Notes: generated by a model from the sequence alone, not told the origin. A stretch of DNA of 64,000 nucleotides from Vicinamibacterales bacterium (GCA_963663815.1 OY760734.1); one strand, 5' to 3'; counted from the stretch's first letter, positions 25,436-37,334 are shown. Program-made: numbers and translations.

Positions 25436-26575
25436 ATGACTGGCCAGGCAGCGGCGGCGCCCAAGGCGGCGCCCATCTTCGACACCGACGAGCTCGTCAT
25501 CAACATGGGGCCCCAGCACCCCAGCACGCACGGCGTGCTCCGGGTGGTGCTGCGGCTCGACGGCGAACGGGTGGTCGACGCCGACGTCGTCATCGGCTAC
25601 ATCCACCGCGGCATCGAGAAGCTCAGCGAGAACCGCGACTGGACGCAGATCATCCTGCTGACCGACCGCATGGACTACGTGGCGGCGGCCACGAACAACC
25701 TCGGCTACTGCGAGACGGTCGAGAAGCTGATGGAGATCGAGGTGCCCCGGCGCGCCCGCTACATCCGCACCGTCCTCGCCGAGCTGCAGCGCATCGCGAG
25801 CCATTGCCTCTGGCTGGGCACCCACGCCATGGACATCGGCGCGATGACCGTGTTCCTCTACGCGTTCCGCGAGCGCGAGCTCATCCTCGACCTGTTCGAG
25901 GAGTACTGCGGGGCCCGGCTCACCTACAACGCCATGCGCATCGGCGGGCTCCCCCTCGACATCCCCTCCGGCTGGGACGTCAAGGTCCGGTCGTTCTGCG
26001 ACCTCATGGAGGGGAAGATCGCCGAGTACGAGGAGCTGCTGACCAACAACCGCATCTGGCTCGAGCGCACGCGGAACATCGGGGTCATCTCGGCCGGGGA
26101 CGCGATCGGGCTGGGGCTGTGCGGCCCGCCGCTGCGCGGGTCCGGGGTCTACCGCGACGTGCGGAAGGACGAGCCCTACGCCGCCTACGACGAGATGGAC
26201 TTCCAGGTGCCCCTCGGCACCCGGGGCGACACCTACGACCGGTACCTCATCCGGCTCGAGGAGTTCCGGCAGTCGATCCGCATCATCCGGCAGGCCCTCG
26301 ACGGGTTGCCGGAGGGGCCGATCATGGGCAAGGTGCCGCGGCTGATCAAGCCCAAGGCGGGCGAGACCTACCACGCCATCGAGTCGCCGAAGGGCGAGCT
26401 CGGCTACTTCATCGTGAGCGACGGGCGGGCCACCAACCCCTACCGCTTCCGGGTCAGGCCCCCCTCGTTCTGCAACCTGCAGGGCCTGCGGCCGCTGGTG
26501 ATCGGGCACCTCGTGGCCGACGTGGTCGCCCTGATCGGCACGATCGACATCGTGCTGGGCGAGGTCGACAGATAG
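25436..26575 (+). CDS. nuoD: NADH-quinone oxidoreductase subunit D
   Basis: 379 aa: [25 protein letters not shown], the YDRY.IR.EE block and the C-terminal DIVLGEVDR. Confidence 0.93.
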   Translation: MTGQAAAAPKAAPIFDTDELVINMGPQHPSTHGVLRVVLRLDGERVVDADVVIGYIHRGIEKLSENRDWTQIILLTDRMDYVAAATNNLGYCETVEKLMEIEVPRRARYIRTVLAELQRIASHCLWLGTHAMDIGAMTVFLYAFRERELILDLFEEYCGARLTYNAMRIGGLPLDIPSGWDVKVRSFCDLMEGKIAEYEELLTNNRIWLERTRNIGVISAGDAIGLGLCGPPLRGSGVYRDVRKDEPYAAYDEMDFQVPLGTRGDTYDRYLIRLEEFRQSIRIIRQALDGLPEGPIMGKVPRLIKPKAGETYHAIESPKGELGYFIVSDGRATNPYRFRVRPPSFCNLQGLRPLVIGHLVADVVALIGTIDIVLGEVDR

Positions 26576-27574
26576 ATGATCGACACCATCGTCGTCCCGG
26601 TGTTCAAGATCCTCGTGCTGCTGAACGCGGTGCTCGTGGCGGTGACGTTCATGACCCTGCTCGAGCGCAAGGTCATCGCGTGGGCGCAGTCGCGGCTGGG
26701 GCCGATGCGCGTCGGGCCCTACGGGGTGCTGCAGGCCATCGCCGACCCCATCAAGCTGATCCTCAAGGAGGACATCACCCCGGCCCGGGCCGACCGGATG
26801 CTGTTCACCCTGGCGCCGATCCTGTCGCTGGTGCCGGCCCTGGTGGTGTTCTCGGTGGTGCCCTTCGGGGGCGACGAGCTGTTCTACATCACCGACATCA
26901 ACGTCGGGCTGCTGTTCGTCATCTCGGTGACCTCCATCGGGGTCTACGGCATCATCCTCGCCGGCTGGGCGTCGAACAGCAAGTACCCCCTGCTCGCGAG
27001 CCTGCGCGCGTCGGCCCAGCTCATCAGCTACGAGATCGCGGTGACGATGACCCTCGTCAGCGTCATCCTGACCGCGGGTACCCTGAGCATGGTCGGCATC
27101 GTCGAGGCCCAGCAGGACTCGGGCCTGTGGTTCGCGTTCGTGCAGCCGGTGGCCTTCGCGCTCGTGTTCATCGGCGGGCTCGCCGAGACGAACCGGGCCC
27201 CGTTCGACCTCCCCGAGGCCGAGCAGGAGCTGACCGGCGGCTTCCACACCGAGTACAGCGGCATGCGGTTCGCGCTGTTCTTCCTCGCCGAGTACGCCAA
27301 CATGATCGTCATCTCGGCCGTCGTGGCGATCCTGTTCTGGGGGGGCTGGCTGCGGCCGTTCCCGAACGTCGAGGCGCTCGGGTTCCTCGACCTCATCCCC
27401 GGCTGGATCTGGTTGTTTGGGAAGATGTTCGTGTTCCTCTACATCTTCATCTGGATCCGGGCCACGCTGCCGCGCTACCGCTACGACCAGCTGATGCGGC
27501 TCGGGTGGAAGGTCCTCATCCCCATCGCCATCGCGAACATCGTGGTGACGGGCGTCTTCAAGGTGCTGCTGTAG
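26576..27574 (+). CDS. nuoH: NADH-quinone oxidoreductase subunit H
   Basis: 332-aa polytopic protein: ERK..A..Q.R.GP, AETNRAPFDLPEAEQELT.GFHTEYSGM.FALFFLAEY. Confidence 0.93.
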   Translation: MIDTIVVPVFKILVLLNAVLVAVTFMTLLERKVIAWAQSRLGPMRVGPYGVLQAIADPIKLILKEDITPARADRMLFTLAPILSLVPALVVFSVVPFGGDELFYITDINVGLLFVISVTSIGVYGIILAGWASNSKYPLLASLRASAQLISYEIAVTMTLVSVILTAGTLSMVGIVEAQQDSGLWFAFVQPVAFALVFIGGLAETNRAPFDLPEAEQELTGGFHTEYSGMRFALFFLAEYANMIVISAVVAILFWGGWLRPFPNVEALGFLDLIPGWIWLFGKMFVFLYIFIWIRATLPRYRYDQLMRLGWKVLIPIAIANIVVTGVFKVLL

Positions 27575-27578
27575 AGCC

Positions 27579-28097
27579 ATGGCCGAAGCAATCGCGTTCT
27601 ACACGCTCGCGGTCCTGATTCTCGGGTTGGGGGTGGCCGTCGTCACCACCCCCAAGACCGTGCACAGCGTGGTGTTCCTCGTCCTCAACTTCCTCTGCGT
27701 GGCCATCCTCTACGTGGTGCTGCGGGCCGAGTTCCTGGCCGTCATCCAGGTGCTGGTCTACGCCGGCGGCATCGTCGTGCTGTACCTGTTCGTGGTCATG
27801 CTCGTGAACCTGAAGCGGGCCCCCGAGGCGCACGAGGACCCGCGGCGGCTGGCCCGGCTCGGGCTCGGGCTGTCGGGCGCGGTGCTGCTCGAGCTGGCCG
27901 GCATCGTGGTCTACAGCTCAGACCGCCTCACGCCGGCGTCCGCCCCCGCCGCCGTCGGCCCCGTCACGGGCGCGGGCAACACCGAGGAGCTCGGCTGGCT
28001 GCTCTACACCGACTACCTGATCCCGTTCGAGGTGGCGTCGGTGCTGCTGCTGGTCGCGATGGTCGGGGCCATCGTGCTGGCGAGACGAGAGTCGTAG
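27579..28097 (+). CDS. nuoJ: NADH-quinone oxidoreductase subunit J
   Basis: 172 aa: LRAEFLAVIQVLVYAGGIVVL..FV.ML, with the C-terminal PFE..S.LLLVAMVGA. Confidence 0.88.
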   Translation: MAEAIAFYTLAVLILGLGVAVVTTPKTVHSVVFLVLNFLCVAILYVVLRAEFLAVIQVLVYAGGIVVLYLFVVMLVNLKRAPEAHEDPRRLARLGLGLSGAVLLELAGIVVYSSDRLTPASAPAAVGPVTGAGNTEELGWLLYTDYLIPFEVASVLLLVAMVGAIVLARRES

Positions 28098-28100
28098 ACG

Positions 28101-28406
28101 ATGGAAATCACGCCGGCGCACTACACGGTCCTCTCGGCCGCGCTGTTCAGCATCGGGGTCATCGGCGTCCTCGTGCGGCGCAACGTCATCATCATCTTCA
28201 TGGCGATCGAGCTGATGCTGAACGCCGTGAACATCAATCTCGTGGCGCATGCCCGGTACCTGGAGAACCTCGTCGGCCAGGTCTTCGTCGTGTTCGTCAT
28301 CGCGGTCGCGGCGGCCGAGGCCGCGGTCGGGCTGGGCATCCTCCTGGCCTTCTTCCGGAACAAGGAGACCGTGAACATCGACGAGATGAACATCATGCGC
28401 TGGTAG
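28101..28406 (+). CDS. nuoK: NADH-quinone oxidoreductase subunit K
   Basis: 101 aa with 3 TM segments: [15 protein letters not shown]....FM.IELMLNA.N and AAAEAAVGL. Confidence 0.92.
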   Translation: MEITPAHYTVLSAALFSIGVIGVLVRRNVIIIFMAIELMLNAVNINLVAHARYLENLVGQVFVVFVIAVAAAEAAVGLGILLAFFRNKETVNIDEMNIMRW

Positions 28407-28448
28407 CGGCCGCGCTTTCCCCTGATCTGACATCACTCACGGTAGACG

Positions 28449-30575
<2,127 letters not shown>

Positions 30576-30679
30576 GTCCGCGGGCCGCCCGATCGCGTCG
30601 GGACGATCGACGAATCGAGACCGAGGGTACCAACGAGCGACGGCCCTGACGGGCCCGTGACCGTATCGAGAATCCGCTC

Positions 30680-32281
30680 ATGAGCAACAACCTGGACTAT
30701 CCGCTGTTGTCGCTGATCATGTTCACGCCGCTCGTCGGCGCCGTGATCCTGCTGTTCGTCAACAAGCACAGCGAGGACACCATCCGCTGGATCGCCAACG
30801 TGACGGCCGGCATCGGCTTCCTGGTGTCGCTGCCGCTGTGGTTCTCGTTCGACATCGCGACCCCCGACTGGCAGTTCGTCGAGCGGCTGCCGTGGATACC
30901 CTCGATCGGGGCCGAGTACCACCTCGGCGTCGACGGGTTCAGCGCGCTCCTGATTCTGCTGGCGACCCTGATGGGGGTCATCGCGATCCTCTGCTCGTGG
31001 ACCGCCATCACCGAGCGGGTCAAGGAGTACTACATCTTCATGCTGGTGCTCCAGACCGGCATGATCGGCGCCTTCGTCGCCCTCGACTTCCTGCTGTTCT
31101 TCGTGTTCTGGGAGGTCATGCTGGTGCCGATGTACTTCCTCATCGGCATCTGGGGCAGCGACAACCGGCTCTACTCGGCCATCAAGTTCTTCCTGTTCAC
31201 CCTCGTCGGCAGCGTCGTCATGCTGCTCGGCATCCTCGCGGTCTACTTCTACCACCACGAGGTCACCGGGGTTTACACCTTCGACATCACCCAGTTCCAC
31301 CAGCTGAACATGCCGTTCGGCCTGCAGTGGTGGGTCTTCATCGCGTTCTTCCTGGGCTTCGCGGTCAAGGTGCCGATGTTCCCGTTCCACACCTGGCTGC
31401 CCGACGCCCACACCGACGCCCCCACCGCGGGGTCGGTCATCCTGGCCGCGGTGCTCCTGAAGATGGGCACCTACGGGTTCATCCGGTTCTCGCTGCCGAT
31501 CCTGCCCGAGGCGACGCACGCGTTCGTGCCGTGGGTGGCGGGGCTGTCCATCATCGGCATCATCTACGGGGCCCTGGTGGCGATGGCGCAGCACGACTGG
31601 AAGCGCCTCGTCGCGTACTCGAGCGTCAGCCACATGGGCATGGTCATGCTCGGCATGTTCGCCCTGACCCCCGTCGGCATCACCGGCAGCATCGTGCAGC
31701 AGCTGAACCACGGCATCTCCACCGGCGCCCTCTTCCTCCTCGTGGGGGTGGTGTACGAGCGCCGGCACACCCGCGAGATCGCCGAGTACGGCGGCCTGTC
31801 GAAGATCATGCCCGCCTACGCGGCGGTGTTCCTGATCATGACGATGTCGTCCATCGGCCTGCCGACCCTGAACGGCTTCATCGGCGAGGTGCTCATCCTG
31901 CAGGGCATCTTCGTCGTCAACATGTGGTGGGCGGCGGCGGCGGCGACCGGCATCGTGCTCGGGGCGGCGTACATGCTGTGGCTCTACCAGCGCACCATGT
32001 TCGGCGCCGTCACCAACCCCAAGAACGAGAACCTGCCGGATCTGAGCATCCGCGAGTGGGCGACGTTCACGCCGCTCATCATTCTCGCGGTGTGGATCGG
32101 GCTCTATCCCAAGCCGTTCATCGACCGCCTCGACACCTCGGTCGATCGCGTGATGGTCCGGGTGAACGGCGCCTACGAGCCGGTCAACGCGGAGGACTCG
32201 GGGGCGGCGTCGCCGGCGGCGCTCGTCCGCGACGGCGGGGTCGATGACGCCGGGACGCCGGTGCGCGGGGGCGCCCGATAA
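30680..32281 (+). CDS. nuoM: NADH-quinone oxidoreductase subunit M
   Basis: 533 aa: FF.FWE.MLVPMYFLIGIWG, KVPMFPFHTWLPDAH.DAPTAGSV.LA.VLLKMG.YG. Confidence 0.93.
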   Translation: MSNNLDYPLLSLIMFTPLVGAVILLFVNKHSEDTIRWIANVTAGIGFLVSLPLWFSFDIATPDWQFVERLPWIPSIGAEYHLGVDGFSALLILLATLMGVIAILCSWTAITERVKEYYIFMLVLQTGMIGAFVALDFLLFFVFWEVMLVPMYFLIGIWGSDNRLYSAIKFFLFTLVGSVVMLLGILAVYFYHHEVTGVYTFDITQFHQLNMPFGLQWWVFIAFFLGFAVKVPMFPFHTWLPDAHTDAPTAGSVILAAVLLKMGTYGFIRFSLPILPEATHAFVPWVAGLSIIGIIYGALVAMAQHDWKRLVAYSSVSHMGMVMLGMFALTPVGITGSIVQQLNHGISTGALFLLVGVVYERRHTREIAEYGGLSKIMPAYAAVFLIMTMSSIGLPTLNGFIGEVLILQGIFVVNMWWAAAAATGIVLGAAYMLWLYQRTMFGAVTNPKNENLPDLSIREWATFTPLIILAVWIGLYPKPFIDRLDTSVDRVMVRVNGAYEPVNAEDSGAASPAALVRDGGVDDAGTPVRGGAR

Positions 32282-33759
32282 TGCCGCCAGGATTCTCCGC
32301 GTCCGACTTCTACTACATCCTGCCCGAGCTGGTGCTCACCGGCGGGGCCCTCGTCATCCTCCTCCTGTCGGTGGTGACGCCGCGCCGCGACGACCTGCTG
32401 CTCGGCATCTCCCTCGCCACGGTGGCCGCGACCCTCTACGGGGTGGCCTCGTTCGCCGGCCTCGACGAGACCGCGTCGAAGGGGCTGCTCGCCATCGACG
32501 GGTTCGCCGCGTTCTTCAAGGTCGTGATCCTCGCGTCGGCGGCGCTGACCCTGCTGATGTCGGCGCCCTATCTGCGGGTCGAGGGGCTCCGGGCCGGCGA
32601 GTACTACTTCCTCATTCTCTGCGCCACCCTCGGCATGATGTTCATGGCGAGCGGGGTCGACCTCATCACCCTGTTCATCGGGCTCGAGACGATGGCGGTG
32701 TCGTTCTACGTCCTCGCCGGCTACCTCAAGCCCAACCCGCGGTCCAACGAGGCCGCCGTCAAGTACTTCCTGCTCGGGGCGTTCTCGCTGGGGGTCCTGC
32801 TCTACGGCATGTCGATCCTCTACGGGGTCACCGGCACCACCCGGCTCGACGAGATCGCCGCCGCCCTCGCCGGGCAGGGGCCGAGCCTGTTGCTGGTGCT
32901 CGCGGTGGTCCTCGTGGCCGCGGGCATGGGCTTCAAGATCGCCGCGGTGCCGTTCCACATGTGGGCCCCCGACGTGTACGAGGGCGCGCCCACCCCGGTC
33001 ACCGCGTTCCTCTCGGTGGGGTCGAAGGCGGCGTCGTTCGCCATGCTGATCCGCATCTTCCTTGAGGGGCTCCCGTCCCTCGGGGCGGAGTGGACGACCC
33101 TGTTCTGGGGGCTCGCGGTCGTCACCATGACGGTCGGCAACGTCGCCGCCCTGACCCAGAGCAACCTGAAGCGGCTGCTGGCGTACTCTTCGATCGCCCA
33201 CGCCGGCTACCTGCTGATGGGGGTCGTCGCCGGCACCCAGCGCGGCGTCGCCGCGATGCTCGTCTACCTCGGCGTCTACCTCTTCATGCAGCTCGGGGCG
33301 TTCGCGGTGGTCGCCGCGATGCGTCGCAGCGACGTCGTGGGCGACGAGCTGAAGGACCTCGCCGGCCTCTCGCGGCGCAGCCCGATGATGGCCTTCGCCA
33401 TGCTCTTCTTCATGCTGTCGCTGGGGGGCATTCCCCCCACCGCCGGGTTCATGGGGAAGGTCTGGCTCTTCGGGGCCGCCATCGACGCCGGCTTCGTGTG
33501 GCTCGCCGTCATCGCCGTCGCCAACAGCGCGGTGTCGCTGTACTACTACCTGCGCGTCGTCGTGTTCATGTGGATCACCGACGAGACGGCGCCCGCCGCC
33601 TCGCCCCTCGTCCTCGGGCCGGCGATGACCGCGGCCCTCGTGGTCGCGGTTGTCGGCACGGTCCTGTTCGGCCTCTATCCCCAGTTCCTCTTCGCGTCCG
33701 CCGAGGCCGCGGCGACCGCCATCGAGGGCCTCGGCGCCGGCACGGCGGCCCTGCGCTGA
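32281..33759 (+). CDS. nuoN: NADH-quinone oxidoreductase subunit N
   Basis: 492 aa with a 1-nt TAATG overlap with nuoM. GFKIAAVPFHMWAPDVYEGAPTPVTAF and KR.LAYSSIAH.GY are present. Confidence 0.92.
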   Translation: MPPGFSASDFYYILPELVLTGGALVILLLSVVTPRRDDLLLGISLATVAATLYGVASFAGLDETASKGLLAIDGFAAFFKVVILASAALTLLMSAPYLRVEGLRAGEYYFLILCATLGMMFMASGVDLITLFIGLETMAVSFYVLAGYLKPNPRSNEAAVKYFLLGAFSLGVLLYGMSILYGVTGTTRLDEIAAALAGQGPSLLLVLAVVLVAAGMGFKIAAVPFHMWAPDVYEGAPTPVTAFLSVGSKAASFAMLIRIFLEGLPSLGAEWTTLFWGLAVVTMTVGNVAALTQSNLKRLLAYSSIAHAGYLLMGVVAGTQRGVAAMLVYLGVYLFMQLGAFAVVAAMRRSDVVGDELKDLAGLSRRSPMMAFAMLFFMLSLGGIPPTAGFMGKVWLFGAAIDAGFVWLAVIAVANSAVSLYYYLRVVVFMWITDETAPAASPLVLGPAMTAALVVAVVGTVLFGLYPQFLFASAEAAATAIEGLGAGTAALR

Positions 33760-33973
33760 CCGTCTGCTGCCTCCGCAACGTCGGCTTTCTGCCACCCCGG
33801 CGGTCAGTTTGTGCCCCAACAGGGGGTGCGGCAACCGTGATCTTCGTCCCGCTGCATCCGGCCGCCCGGCTCGGAACGAGCTGATCGATGTGCCGGGCAG
33901 GTGCGCGCAGAGGGCCGCCATCGAGGGCCTCTGCGCCGGCGTGGCCCTGCGCCGAGCCGTTCGGTTCGAGCAC

Positions 33974-34231
33974 TCAGGCGGTGTCGTGCTTCGCGATCCA
34001 CTCGCGAAGCGCGTCGTTCATCCGGGTCTGCCAACCGGGGCCGCCAGCCTTGAAGTGGTCGAGCACGTCCTGTGAAAGACGGATCGTGGTCGACAGCTTC
34101 GGATGCGCGGTCCGCGGCCGGCCGCGGCGAACGGTCGCCCGCGCCAACCGCTCCGGCCAGCCATCCGTGGAGAGGTCCGGAGCGGTATCCGCGTCAAAAC
34201 CGCGGGCCGTAGTGCGCTCGTTCCCGCTCAT
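33974..34231 (-). CDS. brnA: BrnA-type antitoxin
   Basis: 85 aa. C-terminal RHH-like block STTIRLSQDVLDHFKAGGPGWQTRMNDALREWI, typical of BrnA partners of DUF497 toxins. Confidence 0.75.
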   Translation of the reverse strand: MSGNERTTARGFDADTAPDLSTDGWPERLARATVRRGRPRTAHPKLSTTIRLSQDVLDHFKAGGPGWQTRMNDALREWIAKHDTA

Positions 34232-34240
34232 TGGCTCTCC

Positions 34241-34453
34241 TCATGCTGATGATCCGATACGCGCCGCTTCGCGGTGTACCACCATGATCCCGTCGAGGAA
34301 CCCGATGGTGATGAAGCGGTCCTCTCCATAGTCCTGCCGGTCATCCTCGACGGTCAGCGTGGCACCCGCAAGCAGTTCCTCGGCCCGCGCCATGTCCAGC
34401 CCTCTGGCTTCGAGGGTGGCCGCGCGCTTCGCGGCATCGAACTCGACGCGCAT
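34241..34453 (-). CDS. brnT: BrnT (DUF497) toxin, apparently frameshifted near the 3' end
   Basis: MRVEFD..K...L..RG......E.L......ED.R.DYGE.RFITIG matches the DUF497 pattern. The conserved tail (IISMRRANERE...) is readable only in the -1 frame, down to a TGA at 34196-34194. Confidence 0.7.
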   Translation of the reverse strand: MRVEFDAAKRAATLEARGLDMARAEELLAGATLTVEDDRQDYGEDRFITIGFLDGIMVVHREAARIGSSA

Positions 34454-34664
34454 TTATGTTACTACGATAAATTGCCGGCCCACCTGGCAGGGCAGGACAC
34501 GGGCCCGCCAACGGGCGAAGGCGCGATCTGGTCGCGGGGTGGGGACGGCGGCCTGCACTCGACTCTTGCCGGCGGCAGGTTCCGTCGAGCCGCCGTTGTG
34601 GGGGGAAGCCGGTCGGAAGCCCGCGCCGGGGAGCGCGAGCCCCCGGCCTCGGGCTTCCCCGGCA

Positions 34665-34752
34665 CTAGCCCGCCCATCGTCGCCTTCGGCTCCGCTGGGC
34701 GCCCAACCAACCCTGCTAGGAGTCTGCACCGTTCTACGGCGCAGACTCCTAG
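34665..34752 (-). repeat. Family-1 88-bp 'CTAG' repeat, copy 4
   Basis: Full copy. Its first CTAG (sense orientation) contains the TAG stop of atpF (34751-34749). Confidence 0.9.
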
Positions 34753-35249
34753 TGCGGAGTGTCGATCTGGCCGAGCGACTCCCGTATCAGGGCGTCGTTG
34801 TCTTCCGGCGTCAGATTCTTGCGAATGAGCTTCGACGCGATCTGCAGCGACAGGTCGACCGTCTCGCGGCGGATGTCCTGCATCGCCCGCGCCGTCTCCT
34901 GCTGAATCTGGCGCTGGGCGGCCGCCACCAGGGCTTCCTGCTCCGCCCTGGCCTTCTGCCTCGAGTCTTCCTGGAAGGCCTCGGCCGCGGTTCGGCTCCG
35001 GGCCAGTATCGACTGGGCCTCGGCGCGGGCGTCGGCCATGACCTTCTCCGACGCCTGTTGCGCCTGCTCCAGCGCCAGCCGGGCCTGCTCGGCGTCGTCC
35101 AGCGACTTGCGTATCGTCTCCTGGCGCGCGTCGAGCGCCTGGAGCAGGGGGCCCCACGCGTACTTGCGCAGCGCCCAGAGCAGGGACAGGAAAGTGATGA
35201 TGGTCCAGATGAACAGCCCGGGATCCGGCTGGACCAGCGGATTATCCAT
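34749..35249 (-). CDS. atpF: F0F1 ATP synthase subunit b
   Basis: 166 aa with a single N-terminal TM segment (LFIWTIITFLSLLWAL.KYAW.P), then a long charged Ala/Gln/Glu/Arg helix. Confidence 0.88.
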   Translation of the reverse strand: MDNPLVQPDPGLFIWTIITFLSLLWALRKYAWGPLLQALDARQETIRKSLDDAEQARLALEQAQQASEKVMADARAEAQSILARSRTAAEAFQEDSRQKARAEQEALVAAAQRQIQQETARAMQDIRRETVDLSLQIASKLIRKNLTPEDNDALIRESLGQIDTPH

Positions 35250-35300
35250 GAGTCGCTCCCTCCCGCGGTGTCAACCGTCGCATTCCGGGGAATGCGGCGG

Positions 35301-35525
35301 TCACCGCATCAGGACGACGACGAAGACGAAGACCTCGGCGAGAATCGCGACCCCTTCCAGCAGGAAGAGCGGCAGCTGCACGGCCCCCGTGATCTGCGCC
35401 GCGGCCGAAGGCTGGCGCGCGATGCTCTCCGCGGCCGCCGCCGTGAACCGGCCGATTCCCAGCCCCGCGCCAATCACGATCAATCCGAGCCCGATCGCAA
35501 CGCCGGCGATGTACAACAGTTCCAT
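35301..35525 (-). CDS. atpE: F0F1 ATP synthase subunit c
   Basis: 74-aa helical hairpin: GAGLGIG, ARQP loop, and the essential carboxylate in LFLLEGVAIL. Confidence 0.92.
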   Translation of the reverse strand: MELLYIAGVAIGLGLIVIGAGLGIGRFTAAAAESIARQPSAAAQITGAVQLPLFLLEGVAILAEVFVFVVVLMR

Positions 35526-35594
35526 GCAGTCAACCTCCGTGTGAGAGTGTGCCGTCTTGTTCGAATGAATGTGCCGTGGTTCGAGGAAGTGCGG

Positions 35595-36584
35595 CTAGTG
35601 GTGCACGTTGATGGCCATGCCGACGAAGACCGACGTCAGCAGGGCGAAGACATAGGCCTGGACGAGGACGACGATGATCTCGAGGGCCAGGATCCCCGTC
35701 GCCAGGGGCACCCCGACGACGAGGCCGACTCCCATCGACAGAAGCTGGCTTCCGAACTGCTGGTTGAAGATGAAGACCAGCGACAGGATCGCGAGGATGG
35801 CGATGTGCCCCCCGCTCATGTTGGCGGCGAGCCGCATCGTGAGCGCGAACGGCTTGACGAACATGCCCATGACCTCGATGGGGATGAGCAGGATGTAGAT
35901 CGGCCACGCCAGCCCCGACGGCACCAGGTTCTTCCAGTGGGCGATGAAGCCGTGGGCCAGGGTGCCGGCCACGATGATCGCGAAGAACGTGATCGTGGCC
36001 AGCGCCGCCGTCACGTTGTAGTTGGCGGTGGCGGTGGCCCCGCCGTGGAGCACGCTGTTGAGCAGCGACTCCTCGGACGTATGCAGCGCGAAACGGTCCA
36101 GCAGTCCGAACACCTCGAAGATCGGCACCAGGCCGACCGCGTTCGCGGTCAGGATGAAGACGAAGAGGGTCAGGATCATCGGCGTCCAGGTGTTGACCCA
36201 CTTCGCGCCGACGTTCGGCAGCACCATCGAGTCTCGGACGAACTGCACCACCGCCTCGAGCGCGTTCATGAACCCGGCGGGAACCGGACGCTCCTGCGCG
36301 AGGAACCGTCGGGTCGCGAGGGTGATGACGATGAACAGGAAGCCCGCCACCAGCCACAGCATCATGACGTGCTTGGTGACCGAGAAGTCGATGCCGGCCC
36401 AGTGCGGCAGGTGCAGGATCGGGTGGTCGAGCGGGCTGTTCGCGATGTGCTCGATGATGACCTCGCCCGCGTCGAACTCGCCTTCGCCGTGCCCGCCCGC
36501 GGCGTGTTCGGTGCCGGCGTGCTCGGGGGTGGCGTTCACGTCCTCGGCGTGCGCGTCCTCGGCGTGCTGTGCGGCGTTCATCAT
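35595..36584 (-). CDS. atpB: F0F1 ATP synthase subunit a
   Basis: 329-aa polytopic protein with the conserved LTMRLAANMSGGH (essential Arg) region. The acidic/His-rich N-terminus makes the start uncertain. Confidence 0.88.
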   Translation of the reverse strand: MMNAAQHAEDAHAEDVNATPEHAGTEHAAGGHGEGEFDAGEVIIEHIANSPLDHPILHLPHWAGIDFSVTKHVMMLWLVAGFLFIVITLATRRFLAQERPVPAGFMNALEAVVQFVRDSMVLPNVGAKWVNTWTPMILTLFVFILTANAVGLVPIFEVFGLLDRFALHTSEESLLNSVLHGGATATANYNVTAALATITFFAIIVAGTLAHGFIAHWKNLVPSGLAWPIYILLIPIEVMGMFVKPFALTMRLAANMSGGHIAILAILSLVFIFNQQFGSQLLSMGVGLVVGVPLATGILALEIIVVLVQAYVFALLTSVFVGMAINVHH

Positions 36585-36606
36585 GATGTTCGGTGGCGGC
36601 GCCGGG

Positions 36607-36984
36607 TCAGTGCCCCGCCGACGGGGTTGCGCTGGCGTTCACCAGCAGGGTCCTGAAGTACAGCGCCTCCGCGATCTGGAGCGCGACGAAGTAGAAGGTG
36701 AAGCTGAGCGTGAAGGGCACCGGCTCGACCCGGAGCAGTCCGATGACGACGGAGACGTACACCGCGTAGAACACCAGCTTCACTGCGAAAGCGGCGGCCA
36801 TCCGCGCCGTGAGGCGGGTCACGTCGGCGTGCACCGTCCGTTCGACGAGCCGTATCGTCGCCAGCCCCACCACGAGCGGCGCGCCCATGCCGAGAAACGC
36901 GGCCACGGCCGCCTGCGGCGCCACTGCCGCCGCCGCCCCGCAGGTGAGCACGCACGCCGCCGCCAGTGCCGCCGACAACCTCAT
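36607..36984 (-). CDS. atpI: ATP synthase protein I-like small membrane protein
   Basis: ATG 36984 (MRLSAALAAACVL...). About 4 hydrophobic segments. The position between atpZ and atpB fits AtpI. Overlaps atpZ as ATGA. Confidence 0.55.
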   Translation of the reverse strand: MRLSAALAAACVLTCGAAAAVAPQAAVAAFLGMGAPLVVGLATIRLVERTVHADVTRLTARMAAAFAVKLVFYAVYVSVVIGLLRVEPVPFTLSFTFYFVALQIAEALYFRTLLVNASATPSAGH

Positions 36985-37223
36985 GGCTTCCAGACCGTCT
37001 TCGCCAGCTCGTAGAATCCGACGACCATCCCTGTCAACAGACCCGCGAGCAGGAACCACGGCTCGGTCGCCGCCCAGCGATCGACCAGATGCCCCACCCC
37101 CCCGAGGAGGAGGATGGCGCCGATCAACGTGTACCCGGCGCTGGCCGCCGGACCCGCTCGGCGCACGTTCTCCTGCATGGCCTCGAGCGACTTCGCGAGG
37201 AAATGGTCGTCGGGGTCGGGCAT
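36981..37223 (-). CDS. atpZ: AtpZ/AtpI-family small membrane protein (ATPase_gene1 type)
   Basis: 80 aa: G..AS.GYTLIGAILLLGGVGHLVDRW..T.PWFLL.G.L.G...GFY.L is the pattern of the small protein that heads many atp operons. Confidence 0.7.
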   Translation of the reverse strand: MPDPDDHFLAKSLEAMQENVRRAGPAASAGYTLIGAILLLGGVGHLVDRWAATEPWFLLAGLLTGMVVGFYELAKTVWKP

Positions 37224-37334
37224 CGCGAGCGCCGATAGCGGGTGTGCGCGGCTGTGTCTCTCAGTCCGCCACCGCCGTCAGGTCACGGTTCATACCCGTA
37301 GGATGGCCGTTCCCACACCCTCTACAAACGCATA

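Noticed and set aside
33905-33936. A hairpin GCGCAGAGG-n14-CCTCTGCGC between the convergent nuoN and brnA genes, considered as a bidirectional terminator.
   Set aside because: It has only a 9-bp stem with a large 14-nt loop and no T/A tracts. That is too weak to call.
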